Shown: one piece after another, positions 1 to 10,506 of the stretch
How the letters are laid out: each line of letters begins with the position of its first letter
How positions within the stretch are numbered: position 1 is the first letter of the stretch
Origin: Gemmatimonadota bacterium
Lineage (GTDB): Bacteria; JBHIER01; G020348925
Length of the DNA: 64,000 bases
Reading direction: 5' to 3'
NCBI GenBank assembly: GCA_020348925.1
Contig: CP070758.1
Location: 3,301,688-3,365,687, forward strand
Program-made: the position numbers and the translations under genes
Notes under the pieces: generated by a model
Database searches by the model: none
The model's input: only the letters and a program-made list of their open reading frames with translations
Told to the model about the DNA's origin: nothing

Positions 1-1
1 G

Positions 2-595
2 GACAGGGGGTTCAGCTACAGCCATGATGGTCCTTTGGATATGCGCCTGAACCGGTCTCAATCGAAAACGGCACGGGATGTCGTAAACTGGTATACGAGG
101 AATGAGTTGACACGTATTTTTCGGGACTACGGGCAAGAGCGGTACGCCAGCACGATCAGCAGGGCTGTCATCAGAGCGCGCGAGGGAAGGCCCATTGAGA
201 GCACGTCCCATTTGGCCCATCTTGTACAATGTGCGATTCCAACGAGAGGTCCTCAGGTGAAGACGCTTTCAAGAATTTTCCAGGCCATTCGAATCGAGGT
301 CAACGATGAATTGTGCCGTCTGAAAAAGGGTCTCTTGAACGCTATAGCTGTTGTGAGGGGTGGGGGGCGCATTGTGACGATTTCATATCATTCTTTGGAG
401 GACAGAATCGTGAAGTCGATCTTCTCCGAAAAGTCGAAGGGATGTATCTGTCCTCCTGATCTGCCGGTCTGCGCCTGTGATCGGGCGGTGGAGTTGAACG
501 TGCTGACGAGAGGTGCCCTGCGACCGGATGATGAAGAGGTGCGAAGAAACAATCGGGCCCGAAGCGCCCGCCTGAGGATCGCTGAGAAAATATAA
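2..595 (+). CDS. rsmH: 16S rRNA m4C1402 methyltransferase RsmH/MraW (5' part outside window)
   Basis: Frame open from window edge (DRGFSYSHDGPLDMR); motifs FQAIRIEVNDEL, ISYHSLEDRIVK, NRARSARLR; head of dcw cluster. Confidence 0.96.
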   Translation, partial: DRGFSYSHDGPLDMRLNRSQSKTARDVVNWYTRNELTRIFRDYGQERYASTISRAVIRAREGRPIESTSHLAHLVQCAIPTRGPQVKTLSRIFQAIRIEVNDELCRLKKGLLNAIAVVRGGGRIVTISYHSLEDRIVKSIFSEKSKGCICPPDLPVCACDRAVELNVLTRGALRPDDEEVRRNNRARSARLRIAEKI

Positions 596-603
596 GGGGG
601 AAC

Positions 604-1011
604 ATGGTCCGACATCACATGGGGCTTGTCAAGCGCCACGCAAAACAGCGCTCTGGCGTTCGGAATGCGGTCCTGTGGAAATATATGGCTATTCTCTTCG
701 CTGTCGTGTTTCTGATGGTGTTCTATCTCTGGGAACAGTATCAGGTCATCTCTTTCGATTCCACGATTCATACCTTGAGGGGCGAGATCCAAGAAGTAGA
801 CGATGAGAACAGCCGGCTTTTCGTGCAGGTGGTCTCCTTGTCTAATGGACAGGAGATCACAGCGCGGGCGCGACATGATTTGAAAATGACGTTTCCTGAA
901 AGAGAGCGCGTTCTTCTCATTGAACGCTCGCCTGCTGATTGGACAAAGATGCATATCGATCTGGGTGCGGATCAAGCGCTTGGTTTCGCTCCCGAAGACT
1001 TTTCCGAATGA
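604..1011 (+). CDS. ftsL: Cell division protein FtsL-like
   Basis: Basic N-terminus, one TM helix, coiled coil, ARHDLKM motif; position between rsmH and ftsI. Confidence 0.7.
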   Translation: MVRHHMGLVKRHAKQRSGVRNAVLWKYMAILFAVVFLMVFYLWEQYQVISFDSTIHTLRGEIQEVDDENSRLFVQVVSLSNGQEITARARHDLKMTFPERERVLLIERSPADWTKMHIDLGADQALGFAPEDFSE

Positions 1012-2807
1012 TGATTGAGAAAACACACATCCGACGGTACCGCCTCATTCTCATGGGTGGACTGTTCTTCTGGCTCCTTTTGGTTGGTCGACTGGTCTAC
1101 ATCCAATTGGAGCGGAGCTCCATTTTTCAGAGCGTCGCCGCGCAGCAGCAGTTGCGCTTCCGGGAGTTGAAGCCGAACCGGGGTACGGTGTACGACCGGC
1201 GGTTGACTCCACTCACGTTAAATCTTGTGTATGATTCTTTCGGCGTCCGTCCGGACTCCTTAAAGGACCGAAGCCGCGCCGCCTCTCTTCTCTCACCCCT
1301 CTTGGGAAAGAGTCGGAAATGTGTGTCGGAGGTTCTGAACAAGTCCGGCGATTTTATCTGGCTGGCCAAAAAAGTTGAGCCCTCAGTCGGCGAACAAATC
1401 AGATCCCTGAACATACCCGGAATTTGTCCTCAAAGAGATGTCTTGCGATACTATCCCTTTGGAAAGCTCGCCGGCCAGGTGATCGGCTTCACCAACACAA
1501 CGAATTGCGGCATCGAGGGGATCGAGATGGATATGAATTCCGCGCTGACGGGGACACCTGGGAAATGCATCATATTGATGGATGCCAATTGCCGACGGTA
1601 TTCCGACGTGACGCTTCCCTATGATCCGCCGCAGGACGGGTGTGATATCGTCTTGACTCTGGACGCCCGCTGTCAATCGATCGTCGAGGAAGAACTCCTG
1701 GCCACTGTGGACCAATACGGGGCCAGAGGGGCCATGGGTGTCGTCATAATCCCCCGGACCGGTGAGATCCTTGCCATGGCCAATATCCCGGAGTTTGATC
1801 CCAATCATGTCAATCGTTACAACAAGGCCCAACGAAAGAATCGGGTTGTCACGGACCTGTTCGAACCCGGCAGTATCTTCAAAGTGGTCACTGCGGCTGC
1901 GGCCCTGCAGGAGGGGATCGTCCAGCCCGAGGATTCGATCTATGCGGAGAACGGCTCTTTCCTCTATGCGGGAACGGTTCTCCACGACTGGAAGAAATTC
2001 GGTTGGGTCACCTTTCGTGAGGCCATTGAACACTCTGTGAACATAGCTGTGGCGAAGATTGCCTTGAAGCTCGGACCCACGACCTTTTACACGTACGCGA
2101 CCAATTTTGGATTCGGTTGTAAAACAGGGGTTCAGTTTCCGGGGGAGGTCAACGGTGTGCTGAGGGATCAAACACAATGGTCGGGGCGATCCTTGATAAC
2201 CATGGCGCTGGGGCAAGAGGTCTCCGTGACGGCTCTCCAGATGGCGTGTGCGTACGGCGCAGTGGCCAATGGTGGCTGCCTCATGCAACCGCAGATTGTG
2301 AAAAGAGTGGTCGACCACAATGGCGATGTGATCAGAGAGATGAATGTGAAACAGATTCGAAGGGTGCTCAGACCGGAGATTGCGGAACTGGTGACCCAGT
2401 TTTTAAAGGGGGTGGTGGATCGCGGCACCGGGGTGAAGGCTCAGGTGGATCACATCACCGTCGCCGGGAAGACCGCCACAGCCCAAAAGGCCGACCGCGA
2501 GGGGTACAGGGAAGGCAAGTATATGGCCTGCTTTGTTGGATTCCTGCCGGCCGAAGACCCTCAGCTTGTGGGAGTTGTCGTCATCGATGAACCTCAACAA
2601 ATCTATTGGGGCGGGGAGGTCGCGGCGCCCACCTTCGGGCGGATTATGAAGCGAATCGTCCACCTCCCTGACGGCCCTGTCGAGAATTTTCTGTTGGCCC
2701 AGGTCGAGAGATTGACCGACGACATGCTCGTCTCAATTCATCGGGAAGCGGGGCTTGCCTCACAGGGAAGAGGGGAGCTGTTGTCCCAGGTTCTCACAGA
2801 TGAATGA
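1008..2807 (+). CDS. ftsI: Class B penicillin-binding protein (FtsI/PBP3)
   Basis: RGTVYDR, RYYP, GIEGIE, TGEILAM, EPGSIFK (SxxK), HSVN (SxN), GKTATAQ; ATG 1008 overlaps ftsL stop (ATGA). Confidence 0.93.
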   Translation: MMIEKTHIRRYRLILMGGLFFWLLLVGRLVYIQLERSSIFQSVAAQQQLRFRELKPNRGTVYDRRLTPLTLNLVYDSFGVRPDSLKDRSRAASLLSPLLGKSRKCVSEVLNKSGDFIWLAKKVEPSVGEQIRSLNIPGICPQRDVLRYYPFGKLAGQVIGFTNTTNCGIEGIEMDMNSALTGTPGKCIILMDANCRRYSDVTLPYDPPQDGCDIVLTLDARCQSIVEEELLATVDQYGARGAMGVVIIPRTGEILAMANIPEFDPNHVNRYNKAQRKNRVVTDLFEPGSIFKVVTAAAALQEGIVQPEDSIYAENGSFLYAGTVLHDWKKFGWVTFREAIEHSVNIAVAKIALKLGPTTFYTYATNFGFGCKTGVQFPGEVNGVLRDQTQWSGRSLITMALGQEVSVTALQMACAYGAVANGGCLMQPQIVKRVVDHNGDVIREMNVKQIRRVLRPEIAELVTQFLKGVVDRGTGVKAQVDHITVAGKTATAQKADREGYREGKYMACFVGFLPAEDPQLVGVVVIDEPQQIYWGGEVAAPTFGRIMKRIVHLPDGPVENFLLAQVERLTDDMLVSIHREAGLASQGRGELLSQVLTDE

Positions 2808-4290
2808 GAAGGATGCGATGGTTTCAAACCTGAAACAGATACTCTCAGTTCTTCCGGATGCCGACGTTATCGGTGAGTCCGATATCGGGTTCCGAAAAAT
2901 TGCCTATGATTCCCGTGCGGTCGAGCCCGGTGATCTGTTCGTCGCGTTGAAGGGGATCGGTCAGGATGGCCATGCATTCATCCCCCAAGCCGTGCAGCAG
3001 GGAGCTGTGGCCGTGGTGGTGGAGGAGGCGTATCGAGCGCATGGGGTCGTTCAGGTGAAGGTTCCAAATACACGACGGGCCTTAGCGCTGTTGGCGGCGG
3101 AATACTACGGAGCCCCGGCCCAAGAGCTGAGTTTGATCGGAATAACCGGAACGAACGGAAAAACGACCATCTCGCGCCTGGTGAAGAGTATTTTGGAGGC
3201 TGCCGGTCACAAGGTCGGCCTTATCGGTACGATCGAATATTGGATGGGCGATGAACGGCTGCCGGCAGGTTTGACGACGCCGGAATCCCTGGATCTCCAC
3301 GGTCTGTTCAAAAAAATGATCGCCAATGGCATCGGTTCTGTGGTCCTGGAAGTCTCGTCCCATTCCTTGAGCTTGGACCGTGTCTTCGGACTAAATTTTG
3401 ACGTGGGCGTCTTCAGCAACCTGTCCAGGGATCATCTCGATTTTCACAAGACCCTCGATGAGTACGAGCGGGCCAAGAGTATGCTCTTCCAATCCCTCGA
3501 TTGGGCCAGAGCCAAGGCAGTCATTAACCGCGACGATCCTTCCGGGCGTCATATGATGGAGGTTTCCAAGGCACCTGTCCTCTCCTACGGTTTTGATAGA
3601 GAGAGTTCCGTCTGGGCGAACGGCTTCTCTCTGACAGCGCAGGCGTCCCATTTCACCGTTCATGCCCCTGACTGCGAGTTTGCGGTCGATTTCAGGCTTC
3701 TGGGAAGGTTCAACGTTTACAACGCCCTGGCGTCGGTTGGGGTCGGGTATGCCTTGGACATAGAACCATCAGTGATCAAAGAAGGATTGGAGCGCATCGG
3801 TACGGTTGAAGGGCGTTTTGAGCGGATCGACCGAGGTCAGCCGTTTACGGTCATCATCGATTACTCGCATACCCCGGATGCACTGGAGCACTGTCTCACC
3901 GCTGCCCGAGAGTTGAGCCGGGGCGAGGTGATCGTAGTCTTCGGGTGCGGGGGGGATCGTGATAGCGGGAAGCGTTCGCTCATGGGGGAGGTGGCCAGCC
4001 GACTGGCCGATCGTATTATTATCACTTCGGACAATCCGAGAAGTGAGGATCCGGAACTGATTTTGCGCGACATTGAGGAGGGTTTCCCCCCTCACAGCGC
4101 TTACGAAAAAATTGCGGATCGGCGGCAGGCCATTGAAAAAGCCCTGGGGTTGGCCCGGCAGGGTGACTGCGTCGTTATTGCCGGCAAGGGGCACGAAGCG
4201 TATCAGATTATTGGCAGGGACAGGATACCGTTCAGTGATCGAGCCGAAGTTGAACGGATTTTGAGAACATACCGCGAGACGGTTTCATGA
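2800..4290 (+). CDS. murE: UDP-MurNAc-tripeptide synthetase, meso-DAP type
   Basis: GITGTNGKTT, LTTPES, EVSSH, DHLDFH, DNPR (DAP specificity), AGKGHE. Confidence 0.96.
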   Translation: MNEKDAMVSNLKQILSVLPDADVIGESDIGFRKIAYDSRAVEPGDLFVALKGIGQDGHAFIPQAVQQGAVAVVVEEAYRAHGVVQVKVPNTRRALALLAAEYYGAPAQELSLIGITGTNGKTTISRLVKSILEAAGHKVGLIGTIEYWMGDERLPAGLTTPESLDLHGLFKKMIANGIGSVVLEVSSHSLSLDRVFGLNFDVGVFSNLSRDHLDFHKTLDEYERAKSMLFQSLDWARAKAVINRDDPSGRHMMEVSKAPVLSYGFDRESSVWANGFSLTAQASHFTVHAPDCEFAVDFRLLGRFNVYNALASVGVGYALDIEPSVIKEGLERIGTVEGRFERIDRGQPFTVIIDYSHTPDALEHCLTAARELSRGEVIVVFGCGGDRDSGKRSLMGEVASRLADRIIITSDNPRSEDPELILRDIEEGFPPHSAYEKIADRRQAIEKALGLARQGDCVVIAGKGHEAYQIIGRDRIPFSDRAEVERILRTYRETVS

Positions 4291-5723
4291 TGGAACACCT
4301 GACGATCGGTGATGTGGTCAAGGCCACGGCCGGGACGCTTCGGGGCGAGGACCTGAAGAGGGCGGGCAAGGTCCGTCCGACGGGGGTGAGCATCGATTCC
4401 CGGACGGTGAACAATGGAGATCTTTTTTTCGCTCTTCAGGGTGAACGGTACGACGGCCATGACTTCACCGAGGAAGCTTGGCACAAGGGGGCCGTCGCAG
4501 CGGTTGTTTCTGAAGATTGGGCCAAGGCCAAGTGTGGGGAGCCAACTCGCGGAGGAAGGTCCATCGTCGTGAAGGATACGCTCGAGGCGTTTGGTGCGTG
4601 CGCCCGATACTATCGCTCCCGATTTTCACTTCCCGTGGTCGCTGTCACGGGGACGAACGGCAAGACGACGACGAAAGATATGGTGGCTGCTGTTCTGTCA
4701 ACGCACGGCGTGTGTCTGAAAACCGAGGGCAACTTGAACAACCACATCGGACTTCCCCTGACGCTTTTTCGCCTCAGATCCGCGCAGAATTTTGCCGTGG
4801 TGGAATTGGGCATGCGGAGCTCCGGGGAGATTGAACGGTTGGCAACGATTTGCGATCCTCAGATCGGTGTTATTACCAACGTGGGTCCGGCACACATCCA
4901 ATTCTTTCCCAGTGTGGAGGAGATTGCGCGGGCCAAGGCCGAACTCCTGGATTGTCTCGGCCCCTCGGGAACGGCCGTCCTCAATGCGGATGACGAACTC
5001 GTGATGGGACAGCGTCGGCGCATGAGGGGTCGGATCGTGACCTTCGGTCTCAAAGGAGAGGCGGATGTCCGCGGGACGGGCGTCCGCATAACGGCCTCCG
5101 GGGGGATCGCCTTTGAAACGGATGACGGTCTGGATATTGCCCTGCACACGCCCGGGCGGTCGATGGTGTATAACGCGCTGGCGGCCATTGCCGTCGGGCG
5201 GGAGTTCGGTATTCCGAGGGAGCGCATGAGGGCTGCTCTCGGGGAATTTCAAGCGCAGCCAATGAGAATGGAAATGCGCGCGATGAATGGCCTTCGAATT
5301 ATCAACGATGCGTACAACGCCAATCCGGTCTCGATGCGAGGCGCGGTGCAAACACTGATGGACATACCCTGCAGCGGGAAAAGAATCGCCGTTTTAGGGG
5401 ATATGCTTGAACTTGGCGATTGGGCCAGGCAAGCCCATCAGGACATTGGGAAGGTCGTCGGCGAATCCGGTGTCGATTACCTTTTCGCCCTGGGGGACCT
5501 CGCGCACTTCGTCGCGCAAGAGGCAGTCGCAGCGGGGATGGCTCAGGAGCGGGTCCAACGGTGTGAGAACAGAGATGAGGTTGTTGACAGACTCAGAGAG
5601 ATCGGACGCAGCGGTGACCTCATATTGGTCAAGGGATCGCGGAAGATGGGCCTGGAGGAGATCGTTGAGGGACTCCTGCGGGGGAGCTCAGAGGTTGCAC
5701 AGACATCGGCGGAGACAGGCTAA
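4287..5723 (+). CDS. murF: UDP-MurNAc-pentapeptide synthetase
   Basis: GTNGKTTTK, NLNNHIGLP, DAYNANP, GDMLELG, VKGSR. Confidence 0.96.
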   Translation: MMEHLTIGDVVKATAGTLRGEDLKRAGKVRPTGVSIDSRTVNNGDLFFALQGERYDGHDFTEEAWHKGAVAAVVSEDWAKAKCGEPTRGGRSIVVKDTLEAFGACARYYRSRFSLPVVAVTGTNGKTTTKDMVAAVLSTHGVCLKTEGNLNNHIGLPLTLFRLRSAQNFAVVELGMRSSGEIERLATICDPQIGVITNVGPAHIQFFPSVEEIARAKAELLDCLGPSGTAVLNADDELVMGQRRRMRGRIVTFGLKGEADVRGTGVRITASGGIAFETDDGLDIALHTPGRSMVYNALAAIAVGREFGIPRERMRAALGEFQAQPMRMEMRAMNGLRIINDAYNANPVSMRGAVQTLMDIPCSGKRIAVLGDMLELGDWARQAHQDIGKVVGESGVDYLFALGDLAHFVAQEAVAAGMAQERVQRCENRDEVVDRLREIGRSGDLILVKGSRKMGLEEIVEGLLRGSSEVAQTSAETG

Positions 5724-5725
5724 CC

Positions 5726-6811
5726 ATGTTCTATCACCTGTTATATCCTTTAAAAGAATTTATGAGCGGTTTCAATCTGTTCCAGTATATAACCTTTCGG
5801 GCAGCATACGCCGCCGTCACCGCGCTTCTCATGAGCTTCTTTTTGGGTCCGTACGTCATCAAAAGACTGAAAAGGACCCAGGTGATCGAGAAGATCAGTC
5901 AGTACGCGCCAAAGACCCATCAGAGAAAAACGGGCACTCCGACCATGGGGGGTATTCTCATTCTTATCTCCGTCTTGGTCCCGACGCTGTTGTGGGCGAA
6001 ACTCACGAATCCGTATACGTGGCTGATCGTTTTTGTGACCGCCTGGATGGGAATTCTGGGTTTCATTGACGACTATCTCAAAGTCGTGAAGGGATTTTCG
6101 AAGGGTCTGGTGTTTAAGTATAAAATATCAGGGCAGATTGTACTGGGTATCATAGTCGGCCTTCTTCTGTACCTCTTTCCCCTGGCACCGGAGGCGGCGA
6201 CCCAGACGAGCGTCCCCTTTCTGAAGGATTATCGAATCGATTTCTTTTGGCTGTATGTTCCCTTTGTCGTCCTCGTCATTACGGGGGCATCCAATGCCGT
6301 CAATCTGTCTGACGGACTCGATGGGTTGGCCGTAGGACTCGTGGCTGTGTCGGCCGCAGCCCTGGCCGGCATGTGCTACGTCACGGGTCACATGAAGTTT
6401 AGTGGGTATCTGAATATCATGTACTTGCCGGGGAGCGGTGAATTGACCGTCTTCTGCGCTGCGCTCCTGGGCGCCTGTCTCGGTTTTTTATGGTTCAACA
6501 CGTATCCGGCCGAGGTGTTCATGGGCGATACCGGAGCCTTGGCCCTGGGCGGAGCTTTGGGGATGCTGGCCATCCTGGTGAAAAAGGAGTTGCTCCTGAT
6601 CATAGTGGGGGGGGTTTTCGTGGCAGAAGCCCTGTCCGTTATTCTCCAGGTGGCGTACTTCAAATGGAGGGGAAAGCGGATCTTTCGTATGTCTCCCCTG
6701 CATCATCATTTTGAGCTGAAGGGGTGGAAAGAGCCGAAAGTGGTGGTGCGATTCTGGATTACGGCAGTCCTTCTGGCTCTTTTAACGTTGAGCACCTTTA
6801 AGATACGGTAG
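5726..6811 (+). CDS. mraY: Phospho-N-acetylmuramoyl-pentapeptide transferase
   Basis: KTGTPTMGG, GFIDDY, NAVNLSDGLDG, FMGDTG, PLHHHFE; multi-TM. Confidence 0.97.
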   Translation: MFYHLLYPLKEFMSGFNLFQYITFRAAYAAVTALLMSFFLGPYVIKRLKRTQVIEKISQYAPKTHQRKTGTPTMGGILILISVLVPTLLWAKLTNPYTWLIVFVTAWMGILGFIDDYLKVVKGFSKGLVFKYKISGQIVLGIIVGLLLYLFPLAPEAATQTSVPFLKDYRIDFFWLYVPFVVLVITGASNAVNLSDGLDGLAVGLVAVSAAALAGMCYVTGHMKFSGYLNIMYLPGSGELTVFCAALLGACLGFLWFNTYPAEVFMGDTGALALGGALGMLAILVKKELLLIIVGGVFVAEALSVILQVAYFKWRGKRIFRMSPLHHHFELKGWKEPKVVVRFWITAVLLALLTLSTFKIR

Positions 6812-8203
6812 GTGCGGAGCAAGAGTGTGTCTCTGGGCAATGTGCGAAAAAAAAAGTGTGTCGTTCTTGGTTTGGCCAGCAGCGGTGTGGCCGTGGCTTC
6901 ACTGCTCGCACGGAAAGGAGCAGAGGTGGTGGGAAGCGACGTGCTGACAAAGGAGCAGTTGCCGGAGACGGCGGAAAAGCTGGAACGTCAGGGCGTTCAC
7001 ATCGAATGGGGCGGGCATCCTGATACTCTTCTGGAGGGTGCGGAGTATGTCGTGATCAGTCCGGGTGTTCCCCAAAATGTTCCGGTTGTACAACGGGCGC
7101 ATGAGAGGGGAATTCCTGTCGTTGGAGAGATTGAGGTTGCCTCCTGGTTCTGTCGCGCCCCCATCATTGCCGTGACGGGTTCAAACGGGAAGACGACGAC
7201 GACCGCGCTCCTGGGAGAGCTCTTCACCGGGGACGGCTGGGTTGTGACCGTAGCAGGAAATATCGGATCGCCCTTTTCAGACAGTGCCGACAGCATTCCG
7301 CCCGAGGGGATCGCCGTTGTGGAAGTGAGCAGTTTTCAATTGGAGACGATCGTTGCCTTTCGGCCCGAGGTGAGCGTTCTGCTCAATCTCTCGCCGGATC
7401 ATCTTGACCGGTACGCCGGCTACGAGGCGTACGTTGCGGCCAAAGCGCGGATCTTTGAAAATCAGGATGAGAGGGATGTGGCTGTCTTGAATGCCGACGA
7501 TTCAGGGGTTATGGGACTGGCCGGGCAGATCTCGGCCAAAATCGTTCCCTTCAGCATTGCGCGAGATCTCGAGGAGGGGGTGTTCGTCTCAGGAGGGGTT
7601 CTCACGGCTCGCCTCTCAGGGCAGGAGGAACAGATGTGTTCGGTGGAGGAGATTCGGGTCCCCGGACCCCACAATCTTTCAAACGTTGCAGCGGCCCTGG
7701 CTGTTTCTAAGACGAAAGGTCTCGGGACCTCCAAACTTCGAAAAGTACTGCGGACCTTTGCAGGTGTTGAGCATCGGCTCGAATGGGTGGCCGATGTCGG
7801 AGGAATAGCGTTTATCAATGATTCGAAGGCGACCAACGTCGTCTCCGTTCAGTGTGCCTTGCAGAGCTTTCAAACACCCATCATCCTGATTGCCGGTGGT
7901 CGGGAGAAAGGGACCGATTTCGGTCCACTCCGTCGGTCTGTGGCTGAAAAGGTGAAACTCTTGATCCTCATGGGAGAAGCGGCCCCGAAATTGAGGCATG
8001 CCCTAAGTGGTGTCGTTGAGACGGTTGAAGCGGGATCGATGGAGGAGGCCGTGGACAAGGCTTTTCAGTCGGCGCGGGAGGGCGACACCGTCCTGCTCTC
8101 ACCGGCCTGCGCCAGCTTCGATATGTACCACAATTATGAGGAGCGCGGGGCTCGCTTCAAGGACGCCGTGCGCCGCATACGTGACCGAGAGCATCATGGT
8201 TGA
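6812..8203 (+). CDS. murD: UDP-MurNAc-L-Ala:D-Glu ligase
   Basis: SPGVP, GSNGKTTT, EVSSFQL, NDSKATN, LSPACASFD. Confidence 0.96.
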   Translation: MRSKSVSLGNVRKKKCVVLGLASSGVAVASLLARKGAEVVGSDVLTKEQLPETAEKLERQGVHIEWGGHPDTLLEGAEYVVISPGVPQNVPVVQRAHERGIPVVGEIEVASWFCRAPIIAVTGSNGKTTTTALLGELFTGDGWVVTVAGNIGSPFSDSADSIPPEGIAVVEVSSFQLETIVAFRPEVSVLLNLSPDHLDRYAGYEAYVAAKARIFENQDERDVAVLNADDSGVMGLAGQISAKIVPFSIARDLEEGVFVSGGVLTARLSGQEEQMCSVEEIRVPGPHNLSNVAAALAVSKTKGLGTSKLRKVLRTFAGVEHRLEWVADVGGIAFINDSKATNVVSVQCALQSFQTPIILIAGGREKGTDFGPLRRSVAEKVKLLILMGEAAPKLRHALSGVVETVEAGSMEEAVDKAFQSAREGDTVLLSPACASFDMYHNYEERGARFKDAVRRIRDREHHG

Positions 8204-9356
8204 AAGAAGATTCCAGCCCGATTTCATACTCTTTGCTGTAACCCTTATTCTCCTGGGCATAGGTACAATTATGATTTACAGCGCGAGTGTTCCCTTTGCT
8301 GAAGAGCGATTCGGGTCCACCCATTTCTTTCTGTTTCGACATGTGGTGCGGGTTCTCCTGGGATTGATGGTCATGTTCGTTTTGATCAGAGTCGACTATC
8401 ATATTTGGGAGAAATTGTCCCTGCCCTTCCTCTTTTTGGCTTTTGCACTTTTGGTCTGGCTGCTCATTCCGAACCTTCCCTTCACTTCGGAAGGCATCAA
8501 GGGGGCGAAGAGCTGGCTCAGATGGGGCCCTTTTACGCTGCAGCCGTCCGAGGTGGCCAAACTGGCCCTGGTGGTGTATCTTGCCGATTCTCTGGCGAGA
8601 CGTCAGCTTCACCTGTACAGTTTTACAAAAGGGTTCCTGCCACCTTTCATAATCCTGGGTGCTGCCTGCGGACTTATTATCAAACAACCCGATCTCGGGA
8701 TGGCGGCCATCGTTGTGATGATCGGCATGATTCTGCTCTTTGTGGGGAGAGCGCGATTGAAACATCTGGCTGTCGTCGGAACGACTCTGGTCTCCATCTT
8801 GGCTCTGTTCGTGTATCGGTCGCCATACTGGTGGGGGAAGATCGTTGCCTTTCTCAATCCGGAATTGGATCCCAGGGGAATATGCTATCACGCCAACCAA
8901 TCCCTGGTGAGCTTGGGGTCAGGAGGATTGTGGGGCCTCGGTTTGGGTCAGGGGCGGCAGAAGCTGTTCTATCTGCCCGAAGCCCACACCGACTTCGTCT
9001 TTTCAGTCATCGGTGAGGAATTGGGATTTATCGGAACAATGATTGTCATGATGCTGTTTCTTGTCTTCCTGTGGCGGGGGTTGAAGATCGCGCGGTCGGC
9101 TCCGGATCTCTTCGGGTTTCTCCTCGGTTTCGGCCTGACCTTCATGATTTTCGGCCAGGCCCTTATTCAGATCGGTGTGGCCTGTGCGGTTCTCCCCACG
9201 ACTGGTTTGCCGCTGCCGCTGGTGAGCTATGGAGGATCGTCGATTTTGGTTTCACTGGCAGGGATCGGGATACTCCTGAACATTTCAACACAGGCGGGTC
9301 ACGTGCGGGTTCATAAAAGAGATATGAGGACACGGCTACAAGTGTTCAATCGGTGA
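8196..9356 (+). CDS. ftsW: SEDS peptidoglycan polymerase FtsW
   Basis: QPSEVAK, QPDLG, LPEAHTDF, GEELG, SYGGSS; ATG 8196 chosen by overlap with murD end. Confidence 0.95.
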   Translation: MVERRFQPDFILFAVTLILLGIGTIMIYSASVPFAEERFGSTHFFLFRHVVRVLLGLMVMFVLIRVDYHIWEKLSLPFLFLAFALLVWLLIPNLPFTSEGIKGAKSWLRWGPFTLQPSEVAKLALVVYLADSLARRQLHLYSFTKGFLPPFIILGAACGLIIKQPDLGMAAIVVMIGMILLFVGRARLKHLAVVGTTLVSILALFVYRSPYWWGKIVAFLNPELDPRGICYHANQSLVSLGSGGLWGLGLGQGRQKLFYLPEAHTDFVFSVIGEELGFIGTMIVMMLFLVFLWRGLKIARSAPDLFGFLLGFGLTFMIFGQALIQIGVACAVLPTTGLPLPLVSYGGSSILVSLAGIGILLNISTQAGHVRVHKRDMRTRLQVFNR

Positions 9357-9363
9357 GGGAGAA

Positions 9364-10506
9364 GTGTCTTTCCCTGGAGACCATCTTGATTGTGAAACGC
9401 TGAAAGTACTCATTGCTGCGGGCGGGACGGGGGGCCATGTGTTTCCCGCCCTGGTCGTTGCACAGGAACTTATGAAGAGAGCGCCCACATCGAAAATGCT
9501 CTTTGTCGGAACTCGGAAGGGGATCGAGGCGTCCCTTGTTCCCAAAGCGGGTTTCGATATCACCTTCATTTCCATTTTTGGATTGAAACGACGGCTGGCT
9601 CTTTCAAATGTTCTTCTGCCTTTCGTGGGAGTGAGAGGTCTTGTTCAGAGTTTTCGTCTCATACGACGCTTTTCACCGGATATTGTTTTCGGGACCGGGG
9701 GATATGTGGCCGGTCCGGTCCTTTTGGCCGCGGTCCTGGGCAGGCTGCCAACGATGCTTCACGAGCAGAACAGTCGTCCGGGTGTCACGACCAAATGGCT
9801 GGCCAGATGGGTTTCGATGATGCTCCTGAGTTACCCCCAATCCCGAGTTTTCTATCGGAGAAAAGACAATCTGCGGGTGACGGGCAATCCGACTCGGATC
9901 GGTTTCCGTTCAAATGATCGCAAACAGTCACGTCTCCTCTTCGGGCTCAGGGAGGATCTCGACACGGTTCTTGTTTTTGGAGGCAGTCTGGGGGCCCGCA
10001 GTATCAACATGGCTCTTCTCGCGGCACTGGAGGGCCTCATGGCTGACGGATCCCTGCAGCTTCTGTGGCAGACGGGGCTGGCCGATTTCGAGGACGTTAA
10101 AAGGAAAGCCTCGAAGTACGGGTTACGGGTCAAGGTTTTGCCCTTCATCGATTCCATGGTTGATGCCTATCGCAGTGCAGATGTGGTGCTGTGCAGGGCC
10201 GGGGCAAGTACGTTGGCTGAGATCACCAGGCTTGGGGTTCCGGCGATTCTCGTCCCCTATCCGTATGCCACAGGAAACCACCAGGAGCTGAACGCGAGAA
10301 TTCTCCTTGACGAGGGAGCGGCCACAATGATCTTGGACCGAGCCTTGACCGGAGAAAGGGTCGTTCACGCCATCCAACATCTTCTCCAGGACAGGGGGAA
10401 AAGAAGGCGCATGATCGAAAGATGTAAAGCCTTGGGATACCCGCAGGCTGCCGCACATATTGTGGGGGCCATGTTTGAACTCGCAGGGGGCCAGGAGAAG
10501 CCATGA
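9364..10506 (+). CDS. murG: Lipid II GlcNAc transferase
   Basis: GGTGGH, HEQN, GGSLGA, RAGAST, HQELNA. Confidence 0.96.
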   Translation: MSFPGDHLDCETLKVLIAAGGTGGHVFPALVVAQELMKRAPTSKMLFVGTRKGIEASLVPKAGFDITFISIFGLKRRLALSNVLLPFVGVRGLVQSFRLIRRFSPDIVFGTGGYVAGPVLLAAVLGRLPTMLHEQNSRPGVTTKWLARWVSMMLLSYPQSRVFYRRKDNLRVTGNPTRIGFRSNDRKQSRLLFGLREDLDTVLVFGGSLGARSINMALLAALEGLMADGSLQLLWQTGLADFEDVKRKASKYGLRVKVLPFIDSMVDAYRSADVVLCRAGASTLAEITRLGVPAILVPYPYATGNHQELNARILLDEGAATMILDRALTGERVVHAIQHLLQDRGKRRRMIERCKALGYPQAAAHIVGAMFELAGGQEKP

